Positions 38,855-47,985 of a DNA stretch of 64,000 nt are shown one piece after another. A program made the position numbers and the translations under genes. The notes under the pieces were generated by a model. The model did not search any database, was not told the origin of the DNA, and was given only the letters and a program-made list of their open reading frames with translations. The DNA is taken from the IMG/VR virus record IMGVR_UViG_3300045988_159115, one strand, 5' to 3'. Position 1 is the stretch's first letter; each line of letters starts with the position of its first letter. Source of the stretch: a virus.

Positions 38855-38862
38855 TATATTAT
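38855..38862 (+). promoter_or_regulatory. Phage promoter-like motif TATATTAT(A)
   Basis: TAGTTATATATTATATATG, 55 nt before ATG 38917. Confidence 0.5.
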
Positions 38863-38916
38863 ATATGTGAGCGCAATTAGGATGATGGCTGTAATGTGAA
38901 AAGGAGGTATACTTAT

Positions 38917-39096
38917 ATGCATATAAGTTACAACCCTTTAACAGCGCTCACATATAAGGCTCTGAATCCTGGAATTTGGGTAGACTCAACCTCTCCCATT
39001 GAATGGATTCAGAATGATTCTCAGTATACTATTAGCGTCCGAAAGACCGTTGACGTTACTGAGGATCCGGCTACCGTCACCGTTATTGACGGATAA
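38917..39096 (+). CDS. Hypothetical small protein (59 aa)
   Basis: AAAGGAGG SD. Downstream of promoter motif 38855-38862. Terminator follows. Confidence 0.55.
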   Translation: MHISYNPLTALTYKALNPGIWVDSTSPIEWIQNDSQYTISVRKTVDVTEDPATVTVIDG

Positions 39097-39102
39097 CTAA
39101 AC

Positions 39103-39157
39103 AAAGGTTAGGACGAGCCAGTCAGAAATCGGCGATGACTCCTAACCTTTCTTTTTT
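39103..39157. terminator. Bidirectional terminator
   Basis: AAAGGTTAGGA pairs with TCCTAACCTTT, followed by TTTTTT. Confidence 0.7.
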
Positions 39158-39170
39158 GTAGTCGTGATTA

Positions 39171-40418
39171 TTAACCTTCATAACCGGTAGGATACTGAAT
39201 GTTAATGCCGTACTTCACTTCAGGAAGTTTCTTATTGATTGCTGCAAGACGATAGTTATCCAGAGTCTCACGCATCTTAACGAGAGTATCTCTGGTGTGA
39301 GGAATCACATAATTCGGATTCTTGCTATCAATCAGAGCAATGTAATAGTCGATCACATCGAGCTTTGAGTAAATATATGAGACGACCATGATCTTATCAT
39401 CATTCGTCTTAATATTATTCACCTCAAGACCGATATAATCAATTTCCATTGGATCAATTTTTTTCATACGATGAATTCTACCGGGAATGGTGAATTCATT
39501 ATAGTTGGAAGCCTCTTCCACGATATGATCCAGAGTATCGTGGATATAGTTGTAATGCTTCTGACTCTGAGCATGAGCATTCTTATGAAGGAATGACTCT
39601 CCAATAAATCTCTGAGTAAGAGCATCGAGAGCCTCTCGAGTGATACGACTCGGAGTATGAGCAATCATCGTCATATAGTTCTTCCGAACGATATGATCCT
39701 GACGCTTCATTAGGTTATTGACAGTATCAACTGAGAATCCCATCAGAGTTGCCATCTCTTCATCAGGAGTAATATCAGAAGAACCGACAAAGCCAATGAT
39801 CTTATCAATAGCAGAATTCAGATAAGTACCATAACCACAGGCGATGCTGTACTTATCTGCACGGATTTCACGCTTCAGACTTTCCTCATGACGATTAAAT
39901 GCACCAGCATTCAGAATAGGAATACTGATTGCTTTTGCAAAGAGAGAATTCTGAGTAACTGCCTTAGACACACGATCCGCAGTCGCCATCTGCATCTTCA
40001 GAACTTTGCACATCCGCATAGGAGTAGCAGAATCTTCTACAGCATGACCTACTTCGTGGAGAATCAGAGCAGTCAGCTCTTTCTCGCTAAGGCCGCATTT
40101 ATCAGAGAGAATCCGATCGTCAATTTCAATGACCCAAGCGCCACTCTTCTTCCAGATACTTACAATCTCAGCATCAGGTTTCTGCTTGATGATTGCATCT
40201 ACGAGAAGGTCAACGGTTTTCGGATCAGGATAGATGCTCATAACGTCACAAGCGTCACTCATCTTTTTCGGATGAGTCACTTCCACTGTAACATTTGCGC
40301 CGAGAAGACTTTTAATAGCATCACCAATCTTCCCAGCAGAGCGAAGATCGCTACTACTGTCTTTCAGACCAGAGAAACCATTTTCGATGTCAAGTAAAGC
40401 ATCGTTATTGATCTTCAT
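39171..40418 (-). CDS. Putative Zn-metallopeptidase (HExxH)
   Basis: LILHEVGHAVED contains HExxH. Start moved to ATG 40418 (AAAGGAAAG SD). Confidence 0.5.
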   Translation of the reverse strand: MKINNDALLDIENGFSGLKDSSSDLRSAGKIGDAIKSLLGANVTVEVTHPKKMSDACDVMSIYPDPKTVDLLVDAIIKQKPDAEIVSIWKKSGAWVIEIDDRILSDKCGLSEKELTALILHEVGHAVEDSATPMRMCKVLKMQMATADRVSKAVTQNSLFAKAISIPILNAGAFNRHEESLKREIRADKYSIACGYGTYLNSAIDKIIGFVGSSDITPDEEMATLMGFSVDTVNNLMKRQDHIVRKNYMTMIAHTPSRITREALDALTQRFIGESFLHKNAHAQSQKHYNYIHDTLDHIVEEASNYNEFTIPGRIHRMKKIDPMEIDYIGLEVNNIKTNDDKIMVVSYIYSKLDVIDYYIALIDSKNPNYVIPHTRDTLVKMRETLDNYRLAAINKKLPEVKYGINIQYPTGYEG

Positions 40419-40485
40419 GGTGATCACTTTCCTTTCTTTTAATAATAGGATTGCTACGATTAGTGTATTGTCATTAGGGTAAAAC

Positions 40486-40521
40486 AACGGATATCTTACC
40501 GAAATTGATAAGATATCCGTT
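40486..40521 (-). terminator. Rho-independent terminator
   Basis: AACGGATATCTTA pairs with TAAGATATCCGTT. Confidence 0.7.
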
Positions 40522-40527
40522 TATAGT

Positions 40528-41079
40528 TTACAGCAGTTCGAGCTCGATGGTATCGTCGTCGACAACAGTGACCTTGGAATACTTAAGAGCGTCGATGCGA
40601 GCATTGGTATCATCGACACGATCGTCGACGGCATCAATCTTCGCAGTAGCATCATTGAACTTCAGGTCAAGCTGTGCCTTATTATACAGATCATCCAGCT
40701 TCGTCATGAATGCATCGGTAAAGTCGTTAGCAGACAGGCCCTTGCCTTCCACCTTATCAACCTTACCACCAGCAATTTCCTTCAGAGCCTTATACTCATC
40801 CTGGTGGGTAGAGATATACTGGCTGATTTCAAGCAGTGTATCGTAGGCTTCAGGAGCGTCGTGAACAAGGTTGTTGAACTTGCTCTCGAGCTCTGTCAGC
40901 TTACTACCATCACCCTTGGATTCAACCGCGGCCTTCAGGTTCTTGAGTTCGTCAGTAAGTGTCACGTCGTCCATGGTGTAGACAACGTCGGTAACCGTCT
41001 TGAACATCAGGTCATAGACGATGTTACCGATCTTCTTCTTAAAGACAGCACTCTTCATATTCAGAATAGGATCAGCCAT
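40528..41079 (-). CDS. Tail-fibre-like protein
   Basis: APEAYDTLLEISQYI ... KVDKVEGKGLSANDFT matches the widespread phage tail-fibre repeat (ApexLDTLxEla ... GKGLS.NDFT). Confidence 0.55.
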   Translation of the reverse strand: MADPILNMKSAVFKKKIGNIVYDLMFKTVTDVVYTMDDVTLTDELKNLKAAVESKGDGSKLTELESKFNNLVHDAPEAYDTLLEISQYISTHQDEYKALKEIAGGKVDKVEGKGLSANDFTDAFMTKLDDLYNKAQLDLKFNDATAKIDAVDDRVDDTNARIDALKYSKVTVVDDDTIELELL

Positions 41080-41144
41080 AGTTAAGAGATCACCCTTTCT
41101 TTAGACTAATAATAGTATTCGCGAGTACCATTAGTCATTTGTTT

Positions 41145-41342
41145 TTAGGAGCCCTCATGGATCAATTTTATCGCTGAATAAATACAAAAAATAGCAAGAG
41201 CCAATACTGCAAGAATGCAGTACCAACCAAATTTACAGAGTTTAAAAATGTTGCAACTGCTAATCATAACAACGAGTGCTGCGATACTAGCAATTGCAAC
41301 GATTGTGTACATAAATAACCATCCACCATAATTCTTATTCAT
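41145..41342 (-). CDS. Small membrane protein (65 aa, 2 helices)
   Basis: GGAGGA SD. Two hydrophobic helices. Confidence 0.6.
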   Translation of the reverse strand: MNKNYGGWLFMYTIVAIASIAALVVMISSCNIFKLCKFGWYCILAVLALAIFCIYSAIKLIHEGS

Positions 41343-41443
41343 TTTTCTATGATCCTCCGTCTTCTTGTGATTAATTTGGTGTTTTCATCTCAATGAGAAG
41401 AAAAAAGCAGAGCCAACTTTTTAGGTTGGATGCTTTTTCTTTT

Positions 41444-41734
41444 TCAGCGAGAGAGATTCTCGCTGAACTTCTTGTACTGCTCCTTGGTGGTATTACCAAG
41501 GGAGCCAATCTTTGCGATGACCGCAATGTCAGCGACCATCACAAAGATGTTGATGATGTAGAGCATGGTGCTCCAGAACGTAATGTCGTTCAGACTCTGC
41601 TCAATACCAAGAGCAAAGCCATCGCGCATTGCGTACATCACGAAGTTAGAGAACGGGCTGATCGTGATAGCTGCGCAAACGATAACGATTGCAGTGGTGA
41701 TCTTTTTCAGATTCAGAAATTCATTGTAAGTCAT
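41444..41734 (-). CDS. Small membrane protein (96 aa)
   Basis: AAAGGAGA SD. Hydrophobic segments AIVIVCAAITISPF and MLYIINIFVMVADIAVIA. Confidence 0.6.
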   Translation of the reverse strand: MTYNEFLNLKKITTAIVIVCAAITISPFSNFVMYAMRDGFALGIEQSLNDITFWSTMLYIINIFVMVADIAVIAKIGSLGNTTKEQYKKFSENLSR

Positions 41735-41775
41735 GGTATTTTTCTCCTTTTGTTTTTAACGACGTGTGTGTTTTC

Positions 41776-41955
41776 TTACAGCAGAGTCTCCATAAGGTCG
41801 AGAGACTCTGCAATCATCCTTTTGCCGAACTCAGCACTGTGGAGCTCAAGCTTGAGGCAAGCGATTTCAATTTCGTCATCACTTGCTTCAATCTTTGCCT
41901 TGATGTCATCTACCTCCTTACAGGCTTCGATGTACATCTGTCTGATTTCATCCAT
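41776..41955 (-). CDS. Small soluble coiled-coil protein (59 aa)
   Basis: AAGGAGG SD. Product begins MDEIRQMYIEACKEVDDIKAKIEASDDEIEIACLKLE. Just below the track cutoff. Confidence 0.5.
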   Translation of the reverse strand: MDEIRQMYIEACKEVDDIKAKIEASDDEIEIACLKLELHSAEFGKRMIAESLDLMETLL

Positions 41956-41973
41956 CTTACGTCCTCCTTGAAA

Positions 41974-42204
41974 TCAGTGAAGCTGCACATAGTAGCAGGC
42001 AAAGAATACCATCATGCCTGCGCACAATGCGATAGCGCCACAAGTCGAAGCCTCCTGGCTGCTCCATCCATAATTCATGATGGAGATGGTTCCGGCGATG
42101 AGCATCAAGATCATGACGATCGAACCAAGCAGTGCGACCAGGCCCATGATATTACGGACGACGACTTCAGAATTGGCAGCGAAATTGTTGACGAGAGTAA
42201 GCAT
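41974..42204 (-). CDS. Small membrane protein (76 aa, 2 helices)
   Basis: TAGGAGGT SD. First gene after promoter motif 42285-42292. Confidence 0.6.
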   Translation of the reverse strand: MLTLVNNFAANSEVVVRNIMGLVALLGSIVMILMLIAGTISIMNYGWSSQEASTCGAIALCAGMMVFFACYYVQLH

Positions 42205-42284
42205 AATATTTACCTCCTATGCTTTTACCGTTCGGATCATAGAAATTGAAATATTTTTCTAGATCCTTTATTTTCTTCACCAGT

Positions 42285-42292
42285 ATAATATA
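42285..42292 (-). promoter_or_regulatory. Phage promoter-like motif TATATTAT(A)
   Basis: The minus strand reads AATAATGATATATTATACTG. 81 nt before ATG 42204 and 30 nt after the capsid-candidate terminator. Confidence 0.55.
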
Positions 42293-42323
42293 TCATTATT
42301 CTAGAAGAATATACGGATAAAAG

Positions 42324-42366
42324 AAGAACCCGCTAGACCACATAATCGTGAATCTAGCGGGTTCTT
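42324..42366 (-). terminator. Terminator of the capsid-candidate gene
   Basis: AAGAACCCGCTAGA pairs with TCTAGCGGGTTCTT. Confidence 0.75.
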
Positions 42367-42427
42367 TATACTACACCCTTAGGAGGTTTTCATATGAAAA
42401 ACAACGTAGTGAAGTTTTGATCAAGAA

Positions 42428-44167
42428 TTACTTGTCCAGAATGAACGGAGTATTCTTGAAGCTCATGCTGCCCTGGATACCCTGGATGGTGCAGGTCGTG
42501 TTACGAGTGGTGCCCATCAGGTAGGTCATAGAACCACCAGGCAGAGTAGAAGAACGGTAACCACTGTTCTGAGCAGTCAGAATGTGAGTGGTGTACTTGT
42601 AGTGCTTGAAAGTGAACTGAGAATCGTTCAGAGGATAGGGGATGAAGCGCAGCTTACGAGTATCGCGGTTGCTGTACTTGTAGGTAGAGACAACCTGGAT
42701 CTTCATGCCAGCAGCGTTCATGATGCCGTAGCTGTAGTTAGCCTTGACGCCACCAACGGAATCGCCAGACTTAACAACCCAGTTGACCTCAGGATCAAGC
42801 AGGCTGATGTAGCGGGGGTTACCGTAGACGACGAAGGTCATATCCTCGATCTTTGCAGAATCGCAGATGTCGATGACAAAGCGATCAATCCAGAACTTCA
42901 GCATCTTCTGGATGTACTCAGACTGCAGTGCGACGGTCTGGGTCTTGGAATCGCAGTCGAACTCCTGCTCACGAATGAACGGATTGAAGCCCAGAGGATC
43001 AAGCTCAACGCCCTTGTACTTGTCGTACTGCTCATCCAGATACTTCAGAATCTGGGAGTCCTCCATCTGGACCAGAATGTCAGACAGATCGTTGTAGGTC
43101 AGCTTGTACAGATCCATATCCATCAGAGCCTTGGTGTCCTCCAGCTCCTCCAGAGAATACGGAACATCCACACGGAAGCCGTCCTCGATCTTCCATTCGT
43201 GCTCCTCACGGGTACGATCCCAAGTGACAGTACGCTCGTTGGCCTCATTGCTCAGATAGCCACCGAACTTGACACTGTTGACCTTACCAGCAGCAGAAGA
43301 CAGGCAGACATTATTGGTCAGGAAGTCGACGGTACCAGTGATAACATCGACGATGTTACCATCAGCGTCCTTGATCTGGCCGCCCAGCCAGGTGCCATCG
43401 GACATGTTGATTCGCATCTCCAGAGGAACGTCCTTAGCACCGTCGTCGAATGTGACGTTAGCAGAGACGATTTTCAGATCGAAAGTGATGTGCTCACGGG
43501 TAGGATCAGTAGAATCGGTAAGCTTAGCAGGGATGTTGTAGTTGAAGCATGCGCCATTCTTGATATCGACAGCGGTATCCTTGATGGGCAGGCCCTTACC
43601 TGCATTATAGATCTCCATGAACTCATCCTTGAAGAAGCACTGGGGATACTCCCAACGCTTGCCGGTCTTGGGATCGACGACCCAACGGCGCTCGATATGC
43701 TTCTTGATGACGGGGCTCTTGGTGACCTCAGTCTGGATGATATCCTTAGTAGCCAGAGCCAGGTTCTGCTTGATCAGGACAGGGAAGTCCACAGTCTTGA
43801 TGGGCAGCAGCTGGCCGACGCGGGTGGACTCCTGGATCATATCTGCAACGCAGTTGTCCAGCAGAGCCTCGGTCTGCTCATACAGAGTGGCGTAACGGGT
43901 ACCATCAGCACGATCGGCCATAGCATCGCAGTCATCCTTCAGCTGAGACAGCAGGGTCTCCTTGTAGGACTCATAGATGGGCTGATTCTGAATAATGGTG
44001 TTGACGTCGAGCATCGGGTCGATGTTCTTCTCCATCAGGTTATGATAAGCCTGCTCGAAGACGGCATCGAAAGTATTCTTGGAGGAACCAGCGGAGAAGC
44101 CACCGATAGTCGGAGTCTCAACGAAGTTCTTCGAAGATTCGGTCAGAAAACTCAGATGATTATTCAT
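42428..44167 (-). CDS. Major virion protein (major capsid candidate, 579 aa)
   Basis: AAAGGAG SD. Extreme G/C-ending codon bias comparable to the sheath candidate. Preceded by a scaffold-like acidic protein. HK97 fold not verifiable by eye. Confidence 0.4.
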   Translation of the reverse strand: MNNHLSFLTESSKNFVETPTIGGFSAGSSKNTFDAVFEQAYHNLMEKNIDPMLDVNTIIQNQPIYESYKETLLSQLKDDCDAMADRADGTRYATLYEQTEALLDNCVADMIQESTRVGQLLPIKTVDFPVLIKQNLALATKDIIQTEVTKSPVIKKHIERRWVVDPKTGKRWEYPQCFFKDEFMEIYNAGKGLPIKDTAVDIKNGACFNYNIPAKLTDSTDPTREHITFDLKIVSANVTFDDGAKDVPLEMRINMSDGTWLGGQIKDADGNIVDVITGTVDFLTNNVCLSSAAGKVNSVKFGGYLSNEANERTVTWDRTREEHEWKIEDGFRVDVPYSLEELEDTKALMDMDLYKLTYNDLSDILVQMEDSQILKYLDEQYDKYKGVELDPLGFNPFIREQEFDCDSKTQTVALQSEYIQKMLKFWIDRFVIDICDSAKIEDMTFVVYGNPRYISLLDPEVNWVVKSGDSVGGVKANYSYGIMNAAGMKIQVVSTYKYSNRDTRKLRFIPYPLNDSQFTFKHYKYTTHILTAQNSGYRSSTLPGGSMTYLMGTTRNTTCTIQGIQGSMSFKNTPFILDK

Positions 44168-44206
44168 TGCGAATTCGCTCCTTTTCTTAATTATTAAGAA
44201 TTACTC

Positions 44207-44220
44207 AAATGTAACAGAAA
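44207..44220 (-). promoter_or_regulatory. Shared upstream motif TTTCTGTTACATTT (late-promoter candidate)
   Basis: Lies 21 nt upstream of the SD of the capsid candidate. Matches 33521-33534 at 13 of 14 positions. Confidence 0.25.
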
Positions 44221-44242
44221 TCCATTACGAAATTGGAGTATT

Positions 44243-45121
44243 TTAGCACCAATCATTAGGATACTGTTTTAACTCAATCCTGTTGTTCCTAAGTAATTCA
44301 AGGTTGAGTTTTGCAATAGCAAGTGCATTTTCCATGTAGATCAGTAATTCCACATAGGAAGATTTTTGGAATCGCACCATCATAAAATCATAAAGATTAT
44401 CATGGAGCGTACTGAAATTACCTGTGACTCTCTTGATGACTGCATTCTGTGTAGGATCGTCTTTCACGATATCTCTAAGCTTTTCATTGATATTTTCAAT
44501 TACTTCGTAAAGATGCGTAAAGCGACCATACATATGATACTTACGAAGAGCCTCTCCTTTAGAGTCGCCGTTATCATTATAGCCGGAGGAAGACTTATTC
44601 CCAGAATCGGAAGAAGCATCATCAGGATTATCGTCATCAGCACCATCGGAACCATAATCCGTAGGCCCATCAGAATCATCCCCAGTGTCGCCTTCGTCGC
44701 CTGAATCAGAAGCCCCGCCATCGTCAGCAGTATCATCATTGGAATCATCGCCGTCATCCGCTCCATAATCTGTTGCAGTATCGTCATCAGATGCATCGTC
44801 TCCAGAATCGTTATTGTCATCAGCTGCTGGAGTCTGGTCGTCACCAGTATCATCGGTGTCATCCAGAGTATTATCCTCAGCACCGTAGTCAGTGGGGCCA
44901 TCTCCATCATCAGTTGTATCATTTGCAGTTTGTGCCGCAGGAGTATCGGACGGAGTATCGTCGTCAGCACCATAATCGGTATTACCACGATTCGTTGTAG
45001 GGCGGCCGCCAATTCTCCTAGGACGCTGTTCTTCGCTCACAGTAGTTTTCTCGTCGTCACCGGGAGCTTCAAACATGTATTGGTTAAAGAAAGACCTTTG
45101 ACGAGGAATTTTCTCAATCAA
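44243..45121 (-). CDS. Acidic repeat protein (scaffold candidate, TTG start)
   Basis: GGAGG lies 9 nt before the TTG, which overlaps the upstream stop (TTGA). Four TDYG(A/S)(D/E)D repeats sit in a D/T/G-rich region, followed by a helical C-terminus. Confidence 0.45.
   Translation of the reverse strand: MIEKIPRQRSFFNQYMFEAPGDDEKTTVSEEQRPRRIGGRPTTNRGNTDYGADDDTPSDTPAAQTANDTTDDGDGPTDYGAEDNTLDDTDDTGDDQTPAADDNNDSGDDASDDDTATDYGADDGDDSNDDTADDGGASDSGDEGDTGDDSDGPTDYGSDGADDDNPDDASSDSGNKSSSGYNDNGDSKGEALRKYHMYGRFTHLYEVIENINEKLRDIVKDDPTQNAVIKRVTGNFSTLHDNLYDFMMVRFQKSSYVELLIYMENALAIAKLNLELLRNNRIELKQYPNDWC
44620..44985 (-). repeat. Coding acidic repeat region with four TDYG(A/S)(D/E)D units
   Basis: NTDYGADDD, PTDYGAEDN, ATDYGADDG and PTDYGSDGA, embedded in D/T/G/S-rich spacers. 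Confidence 0.7.
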
Positions 45122-45372
45122 CGGAGTTTACCTCCTTTCTTTCGTACTCGTCTCAAATGTTTTTCGACGCAGTAGCAATTAAACTCGTGGATTAAATCAA
45201 AGATTGGCTCAAAGATCGCCTCTTTGATACACAGATAACATGCTCCACATATATCCATAAATGCTGGAAGCAAAATGATAAAGAGAGCAATGATACAGAT
45301 GCCAAGAACCAAAAAGATGATTGCTACGCCAGAAAGTTCATCTCTTGTCATATCAGAACATGTCCTTTCCAT
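45118..45372 (-). CDS. Small membrane protein (84 aa)
   Basis: Two hydrophobic helices. Overlaps both neighbouring genes. Confidence 0.55.
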   Translation of the reverse strand: MERTCSDMTRDELSGVAIIFLVLGICIIALFIILLPAFMDICGACYLCIKEAIFEPIFDLIHEFNCYCVEKHLRRVRKKGGKLR

Positions 45373-45652
45373 CAATGAATCGTAATAAAATATCTATCGG
45401 AAGAAAAACCAATCTACTCATACCAGCAATTAAGGTGCAGATCCAGTAGATTGGATTCTTCCAATGATTTGCGAGTTTTGGAATCGCTTCATTGACTTGA
45501 GCGACAGAATGATCAAATAATACCTTTAAGAAAAATTTATCAAAAATGGATATGATAGTTGTAGGCATGAGTGCAATCCACCAGAAATAAGCCATTCCTT
45601 TAATGTACCATTCCATATTAGGTTTGATCATAAGTCTCGCAAAGTAAAACAT
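45353..45652 (-). CDS. Small membrane protein (99 aa)
   Basis: AAGGAGA SD. Hydrophobic segments. Confidence 0.55.
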   Translation of the reverse strand: MFYFARLMIKPNMEWYIKGMAYFWWIALMPTTIISIFDKFFLKVLFDHSVAQVNEAIPKLANHWKNPIYWICTLIAGMSRLVFLPIDILLRFIDGKDMF

Positions 45653-45674
45653 AATCTTTCTCCTTATTTTATAC

Positions 45675-45791
45675 TTAAATACTCTTGCTTGCCTTCTTTA
45701 AAATGGCACGATAGCAATTGGGAATTGCATGGTAAATGACCCAATCAAGAATAAAGCAAACGAGAGTAGCCTCAAGCACGTGTGAAATCAT
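45675..45791 (-). CDS. Possible 38-aa membrane peptide
   Basis: AGGAGA lies 12 nt upstream of the ATG. Product is MISHVLEATLVCFILDWVIYHAIPNCYRAILKKASKSI. Below the track cutoff. Confidence 0.3.
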   Translation of the reverse strand: MISHVLEATLVCFILDWVIYHAIPNCYRAILKKASKSI

Positions 45792-45817
45792 AAAGGTCTT
45801 ATTTCTCCTATATCGTA

Positions 45818-47860
45818 TTAGACGTAATTGGAATTTGCAGAAATGCGGACGATCTCAGCATCCAGCTTATCCTTAATACGCATCATACGATACTTTTCGT
45901 TACGCATCTTCGGATCGCCAGACATATCTTCGATCTTTGCATTGACGACGGTCTTTTCTGCCTGAAGCTCACGGACTAACTCATTGCGGATACGAATATC
46001 CTTCTCATGAGAAAGCTTATGAGCGATAATCAGTACGATATTGAGAAGAGGATTGATTGCAAAAGCAATACCATGCTCGATAGCAATCTTCAGTGCACGG
46101 AATACCTTCTTCCGACTACCGGGCTTAATGATGTATTCCTTACGCCGGTCATCATCCATCTCTTCCCAGCTATCAATCTGCTTTTTAATCATTCCATTGA
46201 TGCCACTAGGAATTTTACCAGTAGCTTTTGCTGCATTCTTAGCATCAATGCTAGTACGTTTGATCTTGGAAAGATGCTTATGGAATTTTGCATTTGCATC
46301 CAGAGCCTTATTTTGGATTCTCTGGAAGAAAGGACGCTTTTGAGGCTTTTCAACTTCAATAGGCTTTGCCGAAACGTCTTCATCAGAAGACTTAGCGTCA
46401 GAAGTGGCATTGCCAGACTTATTGTCTTTTTCGTCTTCATCCTCTGACGCTTCGTTAAAATTGAAGTCGGAAATATCCATATTAGCATACTTTGCAGTTT
46501 GACGTGCCTTTGCAGCATCGCGATCAGCAGCTCGCTGATCATCAGACTTATTAGAAGATGAAGTATCAGGAGTATCCTCATCTTCATCATCTGTACCATC
46601 TTCATCGTCCTGGGAATCGAGAGTCTGATCGTCTTTCTTAATCTCAGAAGCCTTTGTGGGACGATACATCGGAAGTTCACCAGTTGTCTGAGCAACGACA
46701 CGAGAGGCATCGCCATTAGACTTGAAGTATGATTCATAAGCAACCTGATACTCAGAATCAATCTTTTCAGACAGATCCTTCAGCATACCAACCTGCTCAT
46801 TGATATCAGTGGGAATCTTTTTAATGGAAGAAGACTCAATGCAGAGCTGCTCCACAATCGGATCCCAGTTGGAAGTAGATTCAGCTGTGACACCGTAGAT
46901 AGCATCCATCGCGAGGAAACTTTCGTTCATAGCAACGATTGCCTTCTCGCACATCAGGTTATGCATCTTCTCAACGGATTCACTCTCGTCGTAGATGCTA
47001 CGATTTTCCAGATCATCAAAGATCTGATTTACGCTATTCTCACCTGTGGAAACCATCAGGTCATCAACAGTGTGGGATTCCATCAGTGCTGAACTAATGA
47101 AGTCAGACTGATCTTCCTTGGCAAGACCCTTCAGAAGAGTACGGAGATTCATATTACCGAGAGAATTGACCTTCTCAGAAATATAGGAATCTCGCATCAT
47201 GCGCTTAACCACGTTCGTAGTGTATGCATTCAGCTGATACTGCTTCGGAGTCTTCGGCTCAGCAACAATTGCTTCCTCAGTAAGATAGCGATAGAGAGAA
47301 CTACCATTCTTCTCAGGATTTGTGACGCCGAGTGTAATTGCATCAATCAGACGCAGACCCTTTGTCTTCTTAGAGAAGATGGGATTCTCACAACTTTCTT
47401 CAATGACGCCGTCATAACGATTAAAGCCGACATTGTAGAAAGTGTCATTTGCGTGAGTATTATCATGGAAAGTCTCATACATCATACGAGTATTCTCAGT
47501 AGATGTCATCTTTCTTTCCATGGTATTCATCAGATCAGTGTACTCAGTGATCATCGACATGCTCATCTTATCCTTATGAGCTTCGAAATACTTCTTCACC
47601 TTGTAATACTCTTCACTGATTCGTTCGTAGGGAATGACGCAACTTTCCATAAGGTCTTTATAGAAAGAGCATCCGCGCATCGGCTCCGTAAAGATATACT
47701 CAGACCCATCTAGAAGATCGGTCAGTGTCATTTCGCTGTAAAAGCTTTCATATTCGATCGCGTTATACTTGGTATAGTCCCGCTTCAGCATTTCAAACTC
47801 TGCATGAAGTGCCTTCACAGGAGTACCGGTTAAGATCTTTTCTTTATTGAGTTCGATCAT
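45818..47860 (-). CDS. Hypothetical large protein (680 aa), probably virion-associated
   Basis: AAAGGGGA SD. Acidic central region. No motif recognised. Confidence 0.65.
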   Translation of the reverse strand: MIELNKEKILTGTPVKALHAEFEMLKRDYTKYNAIEYESFYSEMTLTDLLDGSEYIFTEPMRGCSFYKDLMESCVIPYERISEEYYKVKKYFEAHKDKMSMSMITEYTDLMNTMERKMTSTENTRMMYETFHDNTHANDTFYNVGFNRYDGVIEESCENPIFSKKTKGLRLIDAITLGVTNPEKNGSSLYRYLTEEAIVAEPKTPKQYQLNAYTTNVVKRMMRDSYISEKVNSLGNMNLRTLLKGLAKEDQSDFISSALMESHTVDDLMVSTGENSVNQIFDDLENRSIYDESESVEKMHNLMCEKAIVAMNESFLAMDAIYGVTAESTSNWDPIVEQLCIESSSIKKIPTDINEQVGMLKDLSEKIDSEYQVAYESYFKSNGDASRVVAQTTGELPMYRPTKASEIKKDDQTLDSQDDEDGTDDEDEDTPDTSSSNKSDDQRAADRDAAKARQTAKYANMDISDFNFNEASEDEDEKDNKSGNATSDAKSSDEDVSAKPIEVEKPQKRPFFQRIQNKALDANAKFHKHLSKIKRTSIDAKNAAKATGKIPSGINGMIKKQIDSWEEMDDDRRKEYIIKPGSRKKVFRALKIAIEHGIAFAINPLLNIVLIIAHKLSHEKDIRIRNELVRELQAEKTVVNAKIEDMSGDPKMRNEKYRMMRIKDKLDAEIVRISANSNYV

Positions 47861-47985
47861 TTATGGTTATCCCCTTTCATGATAATAATACTAAGTCTTT
47901 AGTATGATTAGCTATTTGTTTTCAGAGGGGTTTCTTAGGAAAGCACAATGAATTAACGATTTTATTCAAAGAAAGGAGAAACGTA

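Noticed and set aside
44500-45012. Alternative-frame ORFs inside the acidic repeat gene (44500-45012 minus, 44366-44704 plus) and inside the T/E-rich fibre tail (21435-21923 plus).
   Set aside because: These are low-complexity shadow frames of repeat-coding DNA. They have no translation signals.
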